A stretch of DNA of 64,000 nucleotides from Octopus sinensis (lineage: Eukaryota). This document shows positions 39,811 to 53,085 of this stretch, in pieces. The notes under the pieces are model-generated. The model was given only the letters and a program-made list of their open reading frames with translations, made no database searches and was not told the origin of the DNA. How positions within the stretch are numbered: position 1 is the first letter of the stretch; every line of letters begins with the position of its first letter. The stretch covers positions 100,936,001 through 101,000,000 of the forward strand of contig NC_043003.1 of assembly GCF_006345805.1 (NCBI RefSeq). Reading direction: 5' to 3'. Both the position numbers and the translations under genes were made by a program.

Positions 39811-40509
39811 CAACTCCCTTTTATACGATGAAACATTACATAGTTTGTGATCCTTCTTAAGAACAGAAAGTGCCATCATGCAAACTCATGCAAATTGTCA
39901 CCTTCACTTTTAAACAAACAATAACTTCCATTACACCAGTAATTCAGTTCACTATATATCAACTGTGCTGATTCTGCCCATAAGAAAGGAACAAATAATA
40001 CAATATGGCTGTAGGTCATAACACCCTGGCAACACTGGGTGTTATATAAAATATTGAAATTTTGTTTTCACAAAGATTTCTGGCTGTCACATAATCGACA
40101 GATTGTATTTCATTTTAACACTAATATTGTTTCATTCATGGTCGAGGTACTTCAAGTTTAACACCCAAGCTCATCAAGTTCTAAGTATATACAATTGAAT
40201 TTTTCTTTAAGCAGTGTCCTTCAAGTTGAGGTTTTGTATGTTAAACTAACAATAGACTATACTTGTCTGAACCATTAGGTATTTGGAAGCTAGAATATTA
40301 GTTAGTTGGAAAATTTTTTGTATAATCAATTTGATTAGCTAAGAGAAATAAATATAGTCATCACATGGTTAAAGTATCAATTTTTAGGTGTCAATATAGT
40401 GGGTATGAATTTATTGAATTTACTAAATGTTTAGTAAATCTTTTTCAATTAAAAATTAGCAGTCTTCAAAAGCCTTAAATGACACAAGAAAAATATTTGC
40501 TATGATTAC

Positions 40510-40568
40510 CTTGTCACAGTTAAAATAAAATCATTCAGTTGTCTTTGATGTTCCATTTGGGTCCCAAT
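40510..40568 (-). CDS. PDE10A: PDE10A-like exon, GAF-A/B linker (IGTQMEHQRQLNDFILTVT(R))
   Basis: 59-nt exon, ttttaacag / GTAATC, phase 0 to 2. Matches PDE10A 'KQTELNDFLLDVSK'. Confidence 0.9.
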
Positions 40569-41009
40569 CTGTTAAAATTTATAAACATTGACCATTACAA
40601 CATATGATGTAATTGATTAAACATATGTAAATACATTTAGTCCAGTTCCTGATAACATGCTTTCATTAACTTCGGTTTTAACCTTAATCATTCTAGTCAA
40701 ATTCTTGCTATTTATCTATGCAAACTCAACATACTCATACTTAACAAACAGCAACCAGTTAATTATACATTTTACCATTCAATATAGCTTTGTATCTTAA
40801 ATATATTCATCCTTCTTAGAAAATAAAAGTTAAACCCTCAACCAATAACCATATGATCAGCAACTGGACTATTGCATATTAATATATAACAATATTCATA
40901 AGGTTCTAAATTGGACTATCTAAATTTGAGAGTACATGGAACAGCAGGTGTTGGACCTGCTTATTACTAAAAATCACATTTAACTTTAAGGGTGAACATA
41001 TTTTCTCAC

Positions 41010-41060
41010 CTCAATATTCTTCAGAAGAACACTGGCCCAAATACGAAAACAGTATGCCAA
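41010..41060 (-). CDS. PDE10A: PDE10A-like exon (LAYCFRIWASVLLKNIE)
   Basis: 51-nt exon, tttttgcttgtag / GTGAGA, phase 0 to 0. WASV matches PDE10A 'LAWASVAIHQ'. Confidence 0.85.
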
Positions 41061-41867
41061 CTACAAGCAAAAATTAGAAAAAATTAAATTAGTGAAATAT
41101 AATGTGATAGTGAAGATTGAAATGATGATTGTGACTAGTCTATTGAGTTGTACATAATTGATTTCTAAAATTTTGAATCTTCAATTTTGCCTTTAAAGCA
41201 GGTAACTCTAGACTTCACTTTTATTTTACAATTTAACTTAAATTAATTTTTTTTCCAAAAAGCATTGTTAAGAAAACCAGTTAATATTGAAACAAGTTAG
41301 TACTAAGTTGTAAGATAGAGAACAGAACCATTTTGTAATGCATAGATATGTCTCTTCTGGTGGTTTTTAAATTCAGAAAATAAAGTTTACTTCATACTGA
41401 GTCAATAAAATAAGTACTAAGCAATCAAGTACCAGGTGTTTATTAAATTTTTCAAATAAAAAAAGATTTGGAACATTCCATTAAATTTTAGCTTCTTTTT
41501 AACAAGGCATACTTTTCATTATTTTGAAACTTAGAGGATAGCGAATTGTGTATTCCTTCCTTTTCTGAGAGAATAAATGAAATGGTGATGGTGTGAATAA
41601 AATCTGGAAGCTGGTCTCAATATCAACTCAGAGGTTTTCGTCTTCATGTTTGCATATTAGTCACAGGATCAAGTTTAGAACATTACTGGTATTTAATTTA
41701 ACACTGGGTAGGAATAGGTGAAAATTGAAGAAAATGTAGATAGAATGGAGGAATAAGCTATGAATGTATGAAGACAGAAAATGGGAAGCAGAATCAAAAA
41801 ATGGGGCAAGTGGGGGATGGGCACACTCCAAAGAAACTACGAAAATAGCGAAGAGATATAAACTTAC

Positions 41868-41926
41868 ATGTTTATCTTCCATTTCAAACATTAAGTTTTC
41901 ACCCAATCTATAAATATCAATGATAC
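41868..41926 (-). CDS. PDE10A: PDE10A-like exon, GAF-A ((S)IIDIYRLGENLMFEMEDKH)
   Basis: 59-nt exon, tttttggcag / GTAAGT, phase 1 to 0. Resembles PDE10A 'ILELYRHWGKEAF'. Confidence 0.85.
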
Positions 41927-42299
41927 CTGCCAAAAATAATCAAATATATATAAATTGTCTTTGTTATATTAACACTATCAAATAGAATGCTTATTTATTT
42001 ACATATTTGAATTAATCATGCATTATCTCATAGCTTTGAAATTTCAATAATGTGTCTCTTTATTCTTAGAATGACATTGTATGGTAGGTGTGAGAGGCTG
42101 GATCTGGTTGGTTTGAACATAAAACAACTAGAATATTTTGGATCTGAATATGGCCAGTTTAAATACATTGCATCCTATATATGCTGTTCTATTAGTACTT
42201 ACGCGTTGAAAAAATATATTTTTCTACTTGTACTACAATACATTTCAGCGCTTCAAAAACAAACTTATATTTATTTACATATGACATTATTAGTAATTA

Positions 42300-43520
42300 T
42301 GTTTTGAGACCATTTTCTGGCAAAGGTAACATGGTGACCTGGATAAAAAAAGGTGAAGCTCATGGCAAAGTTAGAGGGCTTCAAAATATGGCTAGTCGTA
42401 TCCCACTTTACTTAGAAGGAAGTGTGCTGAACCTGTATTTAGAGATGGAGGAATTGGATTGGCTAAAAGTTAATAAGATCAAAGAGTGACTGAAAAATGT
42501 GTATATGGAAGGAGCTTTTAAAGCCTACACTTAGCTTGTGAGAGTGAGATGGATAAGCAAGCAAGTTGATTGTAAGAAAGATAAGGAAATTAACTGAGTT
42601 AGCTACATTTACTGGTGGAGTGATGGAGTGGATTGTGAAGCTAGTTTTTATGACCAGATTCCCTAATCACGTCTCAGTGAGGTTGCAGCAGCTGCAGGAT
42701 ATAAACATGAGGTCAGTGGGTAACTTAGTGGAAAAGATGCAAGAGTTAACACAGAATGATGTGATGTTGCAACAACGGTGATGACGGATACTTGTAGGAT
42801 GAAAAGATAGGTAGCAAATAATGAAAACTGGGGTATGGTGAGAGAAGAAAGACAGATGTTAAATGGACCGTGCTTTAGGTATTAGAGATTGTACTTTCTC
42901 TCATTGGGTTGTGCACTGTGCATTTGTTGGCTTCACCCACACTTTATCTCCTATCTGACCAGATACAGACCCTTCCACTTCAGACTGCTGTGGGACAGTT
43001 TTTTGGTAGAACAAGCTGGGGAGTCAGTTCCACAAAGAGCTGTATTCCAGTATGAATGGAGACACCAGAGGGTGGAATCACAGCAGTCTGCATGTCCGAA
43101 TTGGAAACAAAGTGTGGGTGAAGCCACCAAATGCACAGAGCACAACTCAATGGGAGAAAGGAAGGGTGACTGCAATTAACACACAGAATAATATATTTAG
43201 TGGACTGAATGCTAATTTACATCTTGGATGTTTGTATAATTGTTAGCTCCTCTGATGAAGGAGAGGGAAAGACCAGCTCAATGATCATGTGTTGATCACA
43301 AAGATAGTGTCACCCACCCAGGTGGATGGATGACTTGTGGAGAAGTGAAGGAAGACATCAGGACCAGAAGCATGTGGGGAAGAGGGACATCAAGAGAAGA
43401 AGCAAGGGGAAATGATGTCACATCAAGAAGTGGGACATATAAACAGCCTCTTTCTCTGAACAGATTCAGAGGTGAACAGACGTATAGAGAGAATTTCAAA
43501 GGGGTTGTAGTTTCTGGTTA
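42300..43520 (+). mobile_element. Internally deleted Gypsy-like LTR retrotransposon remnant
   Basis: Gag-like 'FSGKGNMVTWIKK..IPLYLEGSVLNLYLEM' and integrase C-terminus 'SVPQRAVFQYEWRH..KVWVKPPNAQSTTQWEKGRVTAIN'. Confidence 0.7.
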
Positions 43521-43549
43521 GAGTTTGGGGTAGTGTACACATGTAGGTA

Positions 43550-44060
43550 TGTCCGACAAGTTCTCTATCCTTGTGATGTGAATCTGGATACTCTGTTCTG
43601 AATTCATCTGAAGATAAGAGTTTTCTTATTTTTTTTCCTTTCCTTCTACATAAAATACATCTGGTAAGGTTTCTGGAACATGAATCTTACTTTATGTTTA
43701 TAATTAGCTTGTTGATCATTGTGTTTATTAAGAATTTGTTTCCTGTCAATGAAGAGAATTTCTAAGGCCTTGCAGAGGCAGAGGTAACAAAATTTTCTGT
43801 GACCTCTGTAGGGTTGGGATGTAGCCAGAATGGACAGTTTACTCTCAAAGCTAATATTTTGGGAACTGGGTAAGTGAATATGTTCAACTGAGGGAGAAGA
43901 TATTAGTTTAACATTAAGAAAAGGAAGTCTATGAGTTGAAATTTTGTGTTTCATCAGATTAGTAGTATATCTTATGTAAAATTTGTTAGTGGGACTCATA
44001 CACTCATACACCACATTAATGTGAGCTTTTCCCACTTTTCCCAGTTGTGCAGTTACAACT
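43550..44060 (-). mobile_element. Penelope-like GIY-YIG remnant with a decayed hammerhead-like tail
   Basis: NVVYEC..KFYIRYTT..CYLCLCK, followed by cagatga..tatcc/ggata..gagaacttgtc. Confidence 0.65.
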
Positions 44061-44706
44061 GTCTTCTGGTGGATGGGGTAGTAAAGGTAATACATTCAAT
44101 ATCTATTATATACAGTTAGATTGCAGGCTCAAAGTTGTAGAAACAATACAAAAATGTAATAATACGCAAGTTAAAACAATAGTAATATGTAATGATAGCA
44201 TACAGTAATCCAATAACCAAAAGCATTTAATTAGCTAATATAAACAAATGTCCATATAGACAATATGTAACTTGTTTAAGCTGATTGTGTACTGCCTGAC
44301 TGATGATTGTGTACTGCAAGACTGATGATCTGTACTGTGTCAATAGTGTTACACTGTCGCCATAGTCTCAGTAACCTAGAAACTCCCCTAGAAGTCAGCA
44401 GGTAATAATACAATGCAGTAAAGATTTTTGCTATATGGTACATTAGCAGCAATCTAAAAATAAGAAGTGTCTTTTCACCTTCTAGAGCTGAATTTAACTA
44501 TTTTACTGGTCAGGTTAAAATTCAGCTTTATTGAATTAAGTTGCTTTGAACTCATCTGTAACCTAAGGGAATTGGGAGTGCATTAAATCATTCATTCCAC
44601 TCATTCTTGTATACATCTTATCACCAAATATCAAGTAATTTTGTTCATTGATACCTGTAGGCAGGCTCAATTTCTATGCAGATGACCTATTTTTATTGGT
44701 ACTTAC

Positions 44707-44800
44707 TAATTAGATGGCCAATCTCATCACAAATTGGTACTGTCATGACCGAAAATAATGTTTCATCTACCAATGATTTCCTGCTTGAAAATTGAACTTC
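44707..44800 (-). CDS. PDE10A: PDE10A-like phosphodiesterase exon, GAF-A (EVQFSSRKSLVDETLFSVMTVPICDEIGHLI)
   Basis: 94-nt exon, acceptor ttttcag and donor GTAAGT, phase 0 to 1. Resembles vertebrate PDE10A 'SVLCLPIVTAIGDLIG'. Joins in frame with the next exon. Confidence 0.88.
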
Positions 44801-45537
44801 CTGAAAATATATAAAGTTCTATAAAAAATGTTTGCTTAATGAGATAAAAAAACCAAGGCTGTGTAGATATTAGAACATTTATAGATAGAAGGTCTTACAG
44901 CTGTTTCTAGGATATTTATTAATTATATCCCTTCATTGGAGAAGGTGTGAGAGGATGGTTGAGTAATAAATTAATATATAACTTACACATTTAGCATTGT
45001 GCCTTCCCTGCTGATATCCATATTCAGTTTTAGCAGACAGATGTTTCAGAAATTAATATCTAAGATGTTAATGTAAATCATATTTGTTGTTATATAAACT
45101 GCTTTGAAATATGGCTAGTTTTCTTGCAAATTGTAAATTTATTATCATTAACATTAAAATCTTGGTCATTAATATGTATGTATGTATGTATGTAGTCATT
45201 AGTCAACTTTTTAGAGATGAGATACAGACAGACCTAAGACAGCGAAGTGATGGTGGTATATTTTGTTAACCAGTCAGTTCTGGTTGTAAACACCTTGACA
45301 TGGACCATATTGATAGAATAGTTTATCCTGCTAGCACTAAGTGATTGATAAACTCTCAAGTGGAGATAAAATAGTTTAGTTAAAAGAACAGAAAAAGACT
45401 GAATTCTGTATTTGAGAAAAGGATATCATAGATGTTCTGTATATATAGATAGTGTAACAGCAAATCAATTAATTAAATGTTAGTTTTTTCAGGAAGAGTA
45501 GAAAATATATATATATATATATATATTCTAATCTTAA

Positions 45538-46030
45538 TCATGAATAAATTAAATGATTAAATATCAGGCTGAGTAAAAAGTAAGCAACATTTTGAAACCT
45601 GAAATTCATCACAGTATATTTCAACAATGCAGAAATTTTATTCGTGAAAATGTCAATACCATTACAATCAACATATTTTTGCCAACGAATTACAAGTTTG
45701 TTTGTTCCGGTAGCATAAAAATCTGGAGTTTTGGAGCAAATGAACTCTTTGATTGCACTTTCAGCATTGGTTTGATTTTTGAACTCCTTCTCTGACAGGA
45801 AACCATCAAGGTGCTTGAAAAAGTGATAGTTGGTAGGAGAAAGGTCTGGGGAATAAGCTGGATGGAGAAGAACTTTGTAGTCAAGTTCCCTCAAGTTCCA
45901 AACGTAATTGGTGAAACATCTGGTTGAGCATTGTCATAAATAATGATTGATCCTCCTCTGTTGACCAGTCTGGAACTGGAGTTGCAATTTTTCATTCATT
46001 TTGGCAATTTCATAGCAATATGTTTCTGCA
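45538..46030 (-). mobile_element. Mariner transposase C-terminal fragment
   Basis: IIIYDNAQP and LLHPAYSPDLSPTNYHFF..KLVIRWQKYVDCNG. Confidence 0.88.
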
Positions 46031-46559
46031 GTAATGATTTTTCCGGGTTTTAAGAAGTTACTAGCATTATAGCCCAGCATTGCCCAGGATTAAGTTAGGA
46101 TTGTTAAGCTAATCAAGCACTTTGTTTCCAACCAAACTAAGTAACACCGACATCAAATTTGAGCAAAATCCACTGAAACTGGTAAATGTTTGGCTGAAAA
46201 TGGGTTGCAGACAATTTGATTGGGAAATCCCAATTGGTTTATTGATGTTTCCACTCATCGATTGTTTATATATATTTTTTTTTGAGAACTTAAAGCATTC
46301 AAAGATCCCATGATCAAGTTTGAACAAAATACGTCAAAATTGGTAAAAGTTATGGTTGAAAATGGGGTGTAGCCAATTTTAGTGGGAAATTCTATAAGGA
46401 ATCGGTTTATTTATTTTTCATCCTGATTGAATGGGAAACCCCATAAGGAATCAGTTTATTGATTTTTTACCCAAGTAGGACTTAACCGAACACAACATTG
46501 CTGATTCAAAAAATCTATATTTATACTTTAAAGTTGGTTTTCACACCCAACCCAGTTCT

Positions 46560-47440
46560 GCAAAATCAGTATTGAGACGGGAACGCATGGGTTGGGAGTT
46601 TGACTGGCAGAGGTGATCAGGTTGCACATGCTGGCCCTTTCGATACCCCCCCCCCATCATCTAACCCTACTTGGCCCATGAGTTGGGAGCCCTTCCAGCA
46701 AGGAAAATAGAATGCCCAAAAGGGCTCCCGATCCTCTGTGTCAGAAGAGGTTATGTTTGGATCACAACTAAGCCTTAACTTAAGCTTAAGCATCAATACC
46801 ACATTACAGCACAGATATATTACCACCCCTATTGTACATACGCTTGGCTGTTGAGAACTAAATGACTTACAATCTATTGACACAATATTCATGGTGACAA
46901 ATTGGAGGAAGGAGCAGGCCTTCCAAGAGTAGTGATGATATTGCCATTAACCTTTCATTTAAACGATTCCAAGTCAACATCAGCGGGAAAGATATGAAAC
47001 AGAAGTTTCTTAGGCAAGTTCTTCCACATCCCACACAGCTGAAAGCTTTGCCGACCTTGAAAGCAACAACATTGTTTCCACCAAATTTCTTGAATATGAG
47101 ATTGCACTGGCAGAAGACTTAGGAAAGTAGGTCACCAGAGCATTTGGGATTACTGAAGCCCTACTTGAGAATGTTGTTAATAACTGTCTCCATTTTCTTT
47201 AAGATTTTAGAATTGAGCATGCAAAGGCGATAGATGACAAGATTAGAAAGGGGAGTTCTTAGGAATGGGAAATTCTGTAGCACATCTCCAGAGATCAGAG
47301 TAGATTCTTGTAGAGAGGGAGATTAACGAGTTTGGTGCCTATATGAACTAGCTCAGGGGTACAATGTTTGAGGGTAATGTCAGGGCTGTGATAGTTGGTT
47401 CAAAATGAGTAGTACTTCACATTATGCATGCATCTAAGGT
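46560..47440 (-). mobile_element. Highly degraded CR1/L2/Jockey-group LINE RT remnant
   Basis: 'GDLLS..KFGGNNVVAFKVGKAFSCV' resembles the STGDLL..VALDISKAFDRV motif. Confidence 0.55.
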
Positions 47441-48179
47441 GGTGAACCTGAAAAAATGGAAGGGAATAGATCTGGAAATTTTCCAGCTGTGTCCAGTATG
47501 GATATGAAGTGGGATGTGAAAACGGATGGATTCTCTACAGGAGTCACAGTTGCATTGACATATTTAGATACATGAAATATCATTCAAATTAATATATCCG
47601 AAAATACATGTTAACACAATGTTTTCAAGGTGATCCAAAATTGATTAAATTCAAAGTGAACTAAGAAAATATCTCCATTACATGAATGCATACAAAAAGA
47701 CTGTTAGGAAGAAATATAATCGAAGAAAAGTTATTTTTTGTATTCAACTTCTGATGCCATCAGTGGATAATGAAAAAATAAAAACATTTGAATTCTAAGT
47801 TATGACAACTAGAAATATAGAGGTTCTACATCACGTCAATTAGTTTTCTATATATTAAATATAATAAACATTTTAAGAAAAATTATGCTTATTATATAAT
47901 ATATGAAAAGCAATTATAATTAAAAATTGAAATATTTAAATATTTCTTCTTAATGTTCTTTTTGTGTGGGTTTATGTACAGTAAATATTTTCTTAGTTCA
48001 CTTTAAGTTTAACAAATATTGGATTGCTCAGAAAACATTGTGTTAACATGTATTTTCAGATATATTGATTTGAATAAGTATTTTCTGTATCTAAATTGCT
48101 GGCTTTGTATGGTGAATTCAACAATTAAAGGTGCTATTTTCTCTATCTGTGTTTCTGTGCATGTATGTGTGTGTGTGAT

Positions 48180-48400
48180 CATCATCATCATCATCTATCA
48201 ACATCATCAACGTTTAACATCCATTTTCCATGGGTTGGACAGTTTGACATGGAGCTGTCCAGACACAAAATTGTCTGTTGTGGTATGGTTTCTACAACTG
48301 GATGCCCTTCCTAACACCAACCACCTTACAGAATGTGGTGGGTGCTTCTTACATGGCACTGATATGGGTACATTTTATGTGGCACCAGCACCTGGAAAAG
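48180..48400 (-). mobile_element. Short RTE-tail repeat copy
   Basis: Same tail as at 2142 and 10722. Confidence 0.7.
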
Positions 48401-48608
48401 ACAAGCCTGTATGTATAGAAGACTGCAGTTTTACTTAGCTTGACATGTCTTTAAGTTCAGCAAATCACCACAAATCCCAGTCTCTTGTCATTTCCTTAGT
48501 GGTGTATACATATATGAGTATGTATATATGTATATATGGATATATATATATGTATATAAGGATATATATATATATACATGTATATGTATATATATATGTG
48601 TGTGTGTT

Positions 48609-48645
<37 letters not shown>

Positions 48646-48688
48646 TTGCATAGCAAGTGACTTGATCTGGGATCGTGTGCTGGAACAA

Positions 48689-48973
48689 AAACAATTGCAG
48701 CGTGGAAGGTGTTTATAAGCCATTTAAGAAACATACAAAACCCATTAGATTCACTTCAACATTTAAATTTAATTTGTCAAAATATTTTCGTCTGTTTGAA
48801 ACCGCGACCTGTTCACTGACAAAACTTCATGCACCACGAAGTTTTGTCAGTGAACAGGTCGCGGTCTCAAAGCGACGAAAATATTTCGACAAATTAAATT
48901 TAACTGTTGAAGTGAATCTAACGGTTTTTGTGTGTTTCTTAAATGGCTTATAAACACCTTCCATGCTGCAATT

Positions 48974-48977
<4 letters not shown>
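48689..48977. repeat. Near-perfect palindrome with ~140-bp arms and a 9-bp spacer (48829-48837)
   Basis: aaacaattgcagc...acaaaacttc | atgcaccac | gaagttttgt...gctgcaattgttt. Confidence 0.95.
48843..48893 (+). ncRNA. Candidate variant hammerhead ribozyme (G3:C8 swap)
   Basis: TTTGTCA-GTGAACA-G-GTCGC ggtctcaaa GCGAC-GAAA-ATAT-TT-(C)GACAAA. A minus-strand partner lies in the left arm. Confidence 0.45.
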
Positions 48978-49012
<35 letters not shown>

Positions 49013-49021
<9 letters not shown>

Positions 49022-52000
49022 GCATCCTTTTTGTCTCGGGAGACAATGGAGTTGCACATAAAGTAGTCTAGTCCGGCTTTTACATTTCATGTCCTGATAC
49101 ATTTCCTGCTGGGGCTGTGTAGTCCTATCCTGGACAAACACTCTCTCTGGCAGGTACCACAAATGTAGCGATGACTGTTCCTGGCTGGTTGTAATGCCAT
49201 AATTTCTTGTTGACGTCTTTTCTTGTCTTTCCATTTCTCCTCTCTTTCTCTGTCACTCCTTTGTATTCCCTCTTTTACGGTACGTCGCCATTCTCCACGG
49301 TTGCCGGCAACTGCCTCCCAACCGCTAATATTGATGTTGCAGGCCTTCATGTCCCTTTTGCAAATATCCTTGTAACGTAAGAACGGTCTACCCACAGACC
49401 TAGTACTCCTAGCAAGCTCTCCATAGAGTATGTCCTTGGGGATTCTGCCGTCTTTCATACGGCTAACATGCCCAAGCCATCTCATACGTCTTTGTGTGAT
49501 GAGTGCAAACATGCTTGGTATTCATGCTTGCTTGAGGACATCTTTGTTGGGGATATGATTCTGCCATTTGATGCGGAGGATTTTCTGGAGGCAGCACAGG
49601 TGAAAGATGTTTAGGCGACGCTCTTGGCGTGTGTATAGCGTCCAAGTCTCACTTCCATACAGTAGAGTGCTAAGTACACATGCCTGGTAGATCTTCATTT
49701 TCGTGGTCTTGGTCAGATTATTGTTGTCCCAAGCCCGTTTGGAGAGTTGGGCCATCGCAGAAGCTGCCTTGCCAATGCGTATATTGAGCTCAGCGTCAAG
49801 GGATAGGTTGACAGTTGAGCCAAGATAGGTAAACTTCTCCACCTCTTGTAATCTGTGGTCTCCAATATGTATGTTTGGGATGTCTGATGTAGCCTGACCC
49901 ATGATGTTGGTCTTCTTAAGGCTGATAGCTAAGCCAAAGTCGTTACATGCTTGCTCAAAACAGTTAATGAGCCTTTGGAGGGCTTCTGTGTGTGATACCA
50001 GAGCGGCATCATCAGCAAATAGCATCTCCTTGATCAGGACGTTTCTGATTTTGGTCTTGGCACGCAGGCGCGAGAGATTGAACAGTTTCCCGTCACTTCT
50101 ACTGTGCAGAAACACTCCATCATCTGATGTCTGAAAGGCATGTGAGAGTAAGAGCGAGAAGAAGATGCCAAACAATGTAGGAGCAAGGACACAACCTTGC
50201 TTTACCCCGTTTTTTATTTGGAAGGCCGCTGATGTTGAACCGTTGTGCTGTATGGTGCTTTGCATGTCATCATGGAAAGACTTGATGATCCTCAGCAGCT
50301 TTGGTGGACATCCGATTTTTTGGAGCAGGATGAAGAGGCCTGTTCTGCTTACCGAGTCAAAGGCCTTTGTTAGATCAATGAAGGCCATATATAATAGCAT
50401 TTTCTGCTCTCTGGACTTCTCCTGAAGTTGGCGTATGGAGAATATCATATCGATAGTTGATCTGCTTCTTCTAAAGCCACACTGCGATCCCGGATAGATT
50501 CGAGAAGCAAATAGGTGTAGCCTGGCCAGGATAACGCAGGCAAAGGTCTTTCCAACATCTTAGAAAAGATATTCCAACATCTTAGAAGAGATATTCCACG
50601 GTAATTGTTACAATCACCACAGTCACCTTTGTTTTTTTAAAGCGTAATGATGTTAGCATCCCGCATATCCTGAGGGACTGTACCCTCTTCCCAGCACTGA
50701 CACAGAAGCTCATGAAGGTGCCGAAGCAGGATGGTGTTTTTGCCGGCTTTGATGATCTCTGAGGGGATGCTGTCTTTTCCCGGAGCCTTGTTTCTTGCTA
50801 GGGAGTCAACAGCCTTGGTGAGCTCTGCTATAGATGGTGGACTGTCAAGTTCGCACATGACTGGCAAGATCTTGACACTCTCGACTGCAGCCTCAGCCAC
50901 TGTAGTCTCCCGTGAGTAGAGATCCTGGTAGTGCTCCACCCATCTATCCATTTGCTTGCTTTGATCCCTGATGAGATCTCCAGTAGTTGATTTCAGAGGG
51001 GCTGACTTGGTTGCGGATGGACCGAGGGCCTTCTTCAAACCGGCATACATCCCACGGGTGTCGCCCCTGTCAGCAGCTGACTGGATACTCTGACAGATTT
51101 CCTGCCAATACCTATTTGCATAGCGTCTGGCTGTCAGTTGGGTTTTATTTCGTGCCTTTCTGAGTTCTTCGAGTGACTTTGTAGAAGAGTCACTCTTGTA
51201 TTGCATCTGAGCTGCACGCTTTGCTTTGATAACTGGCTCCAGCTCTGAGAGCCCAGCATTGAACCATGCCGAAAGTATCTATTGATGTCGTATACAAAGC
51301 TTCCCTGATATAGTTCCTCCTACTTCCAGCAGAGGAGGTTGGGCAGCTACTGAGGGCAACCTTGATAGAAGCAGCAAAACATTTTCGCAGTGTAGGATCC
51401 CAGGTTCTGGCAGTGTTAATGCGTGGTCGGCCCACTTTCTTGGAGCGATGGACTTTTTTAGGCAGAATCCTCACCCTACTTCTAATTAGTGAGTGGTCTG
51501 TGTCACAATCTGCGCTGTGGTAACTGCGGGTCAATAGAGTAGAATTCAGAAAGGATCTCCGTGTAATGATGAGATCCAGCTGATGCCAGTGGCGAGATCT
51601 TGGATGTCTCCAAGATGCCTTATGGGATGGCTTGTTGGTAAAGAATGTGTTTGTGATGCACAGGTTATGGTATGTGCAGAATTCGAGTAGTCTCTGACCA
51701 TTGTCATTCATGTTGCCAATACCAAAGTGTCCAACACAAATGGGCCACGAATCATGGTCAGATCCCACATGAGCGTTAAAATCCCCTAGAAGGTAGATAT
51801 TTTCAGTCGTTGGTATATTTTCTATGACACAGTTGAGATCTTTGTAGAACTGGTCCTTGGTCTCCTCTGAGCTGTAGAGAGTGGGAGCATAGATGCTGAG
51901 TAGATGGACTGAGCCAGAAGAAGTCGAGAGGCACAGTGAGAGGATACGCTCAGTGCCTCCTGATGGTGGTTCTATTGAGGAGAGTAATGAGTTTCTCACT

Positions 52001-52860
52001 GCAAAGCCAACGCCATGTTGACGAGGTTCTTCTGAATCGCTTCCTTGCCAAAAGAAGGTGAAATCCTGCTCTTTGAGTTTGCCGTTTGAGGGAAGTCTTG
52101 TCTCCTGTAGCCCAGCAATGTCTATGTTGAGCCTCTTTAGTTCACGGTCAATGATGGCCATTTTCCTTGTGTCTTCAACCCTGAGTAGATCATCAAATAT
52201 TCCAGGGCACATGGTCCTGACATTCCAGCTTGCCAACCGCAGGACTGGTGGTTTCTTGACTTTTAGTTGTTTGCCTGGTGCAGAGGTTGCAGGCCGCTTT
52301 TCAAGTCATACTCTTAGCTCCAAGCACCCAATGAAGCAGGCGGCCTGTGGCGGGTCAGCACCTTATTAACTGGGGGGTGCCCAGCTTGAGGTGGGCAGTA
52401 GCTAACCAATAGGACATGGAGGTCCTTCCCACCGTCAGAGGTAACCTGTAGCGCCCATATTTTATGCCAATCTGAATGGACTTATCACTCATGACTGTTA
52501 CCTCCCGTGTTGTTTCTGCAGCTTTTTACAGCAGCACTGAAGTGTCCTCTCCAGTTTTGCACAGGCCTGGGCTAGAGATAAGAAAGTCCTGGGTAGCCCA
52601 ATCGTCAGGTTTCCTCTCTCGACCAAAGGAGTGCAGTGCATTATGTTTGGCACCTGCTTGGTTGCAGGAGCTGCCGAAAGAGTGTCGAGTCGAACACTAA
52701 ACCGCCTTCAGGGCCCCACTCCGGATTTCTTTGAAGGTTGTCTCCTTTCCGTAACCCTGGATAGGGGCCCATACCGGGTACTGTCAGCCAGAGCCAGCTG
52801 AGCCTGGAACTCGTTTCAGGCAGGGTCGTCACTCCCTGAAGTAGTGAAGAAGTTCGTTAC
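49013..52860 (-). mobile_element. Near full-length RTE/BovB-type LINE (5' UTR, APE endonuclease, RT, C-terminal Cys/His motif) with a few lesions
   Basis: ASWNVRTM..IAGLQETR..LLGDFNAHVG..SDH-like APE motifs. AFIDLTKAFDSV, GVKQGCVLAP, LFADD, YLGS. C-terminal CGTCQRECLSRIGLHSPSRKC. A 22-bp tandem duplication lies at 50550-50593. Confidence 0.95.
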
Positions 52861-52868
52861 CCACTACC

Positions 52869-52901
<33 letters not shown>

Positions 52902-53047
52902 TTTCTTTTACTTCTTTACATGTTTCAGTCATGTGGCCATGCTGGAGCACTGCCTTAAAAATACCATAAACCTCCAATGGAACTTGAGCCCACAATTCCC
53001 AGTGTCTTATCCATTGAGCTGTGTATGTGTGTGTGTGTATATATATG

Positions 53048-53085
<38 letters not shown>

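Noticed and set aside
40741-40790. Minus-strand 'INWLLFVK' segment as the linker exon
   Set aside because: The exon at 40510-40568 fits far better and has proper splice sites.
44987-45010. Candidate upstream PDE exon (QGRHNAKC) with a GTAAGT donor
   Set aside because: No resemblance to the expected GAF-A sequence and a poor polypyrimidine tract.
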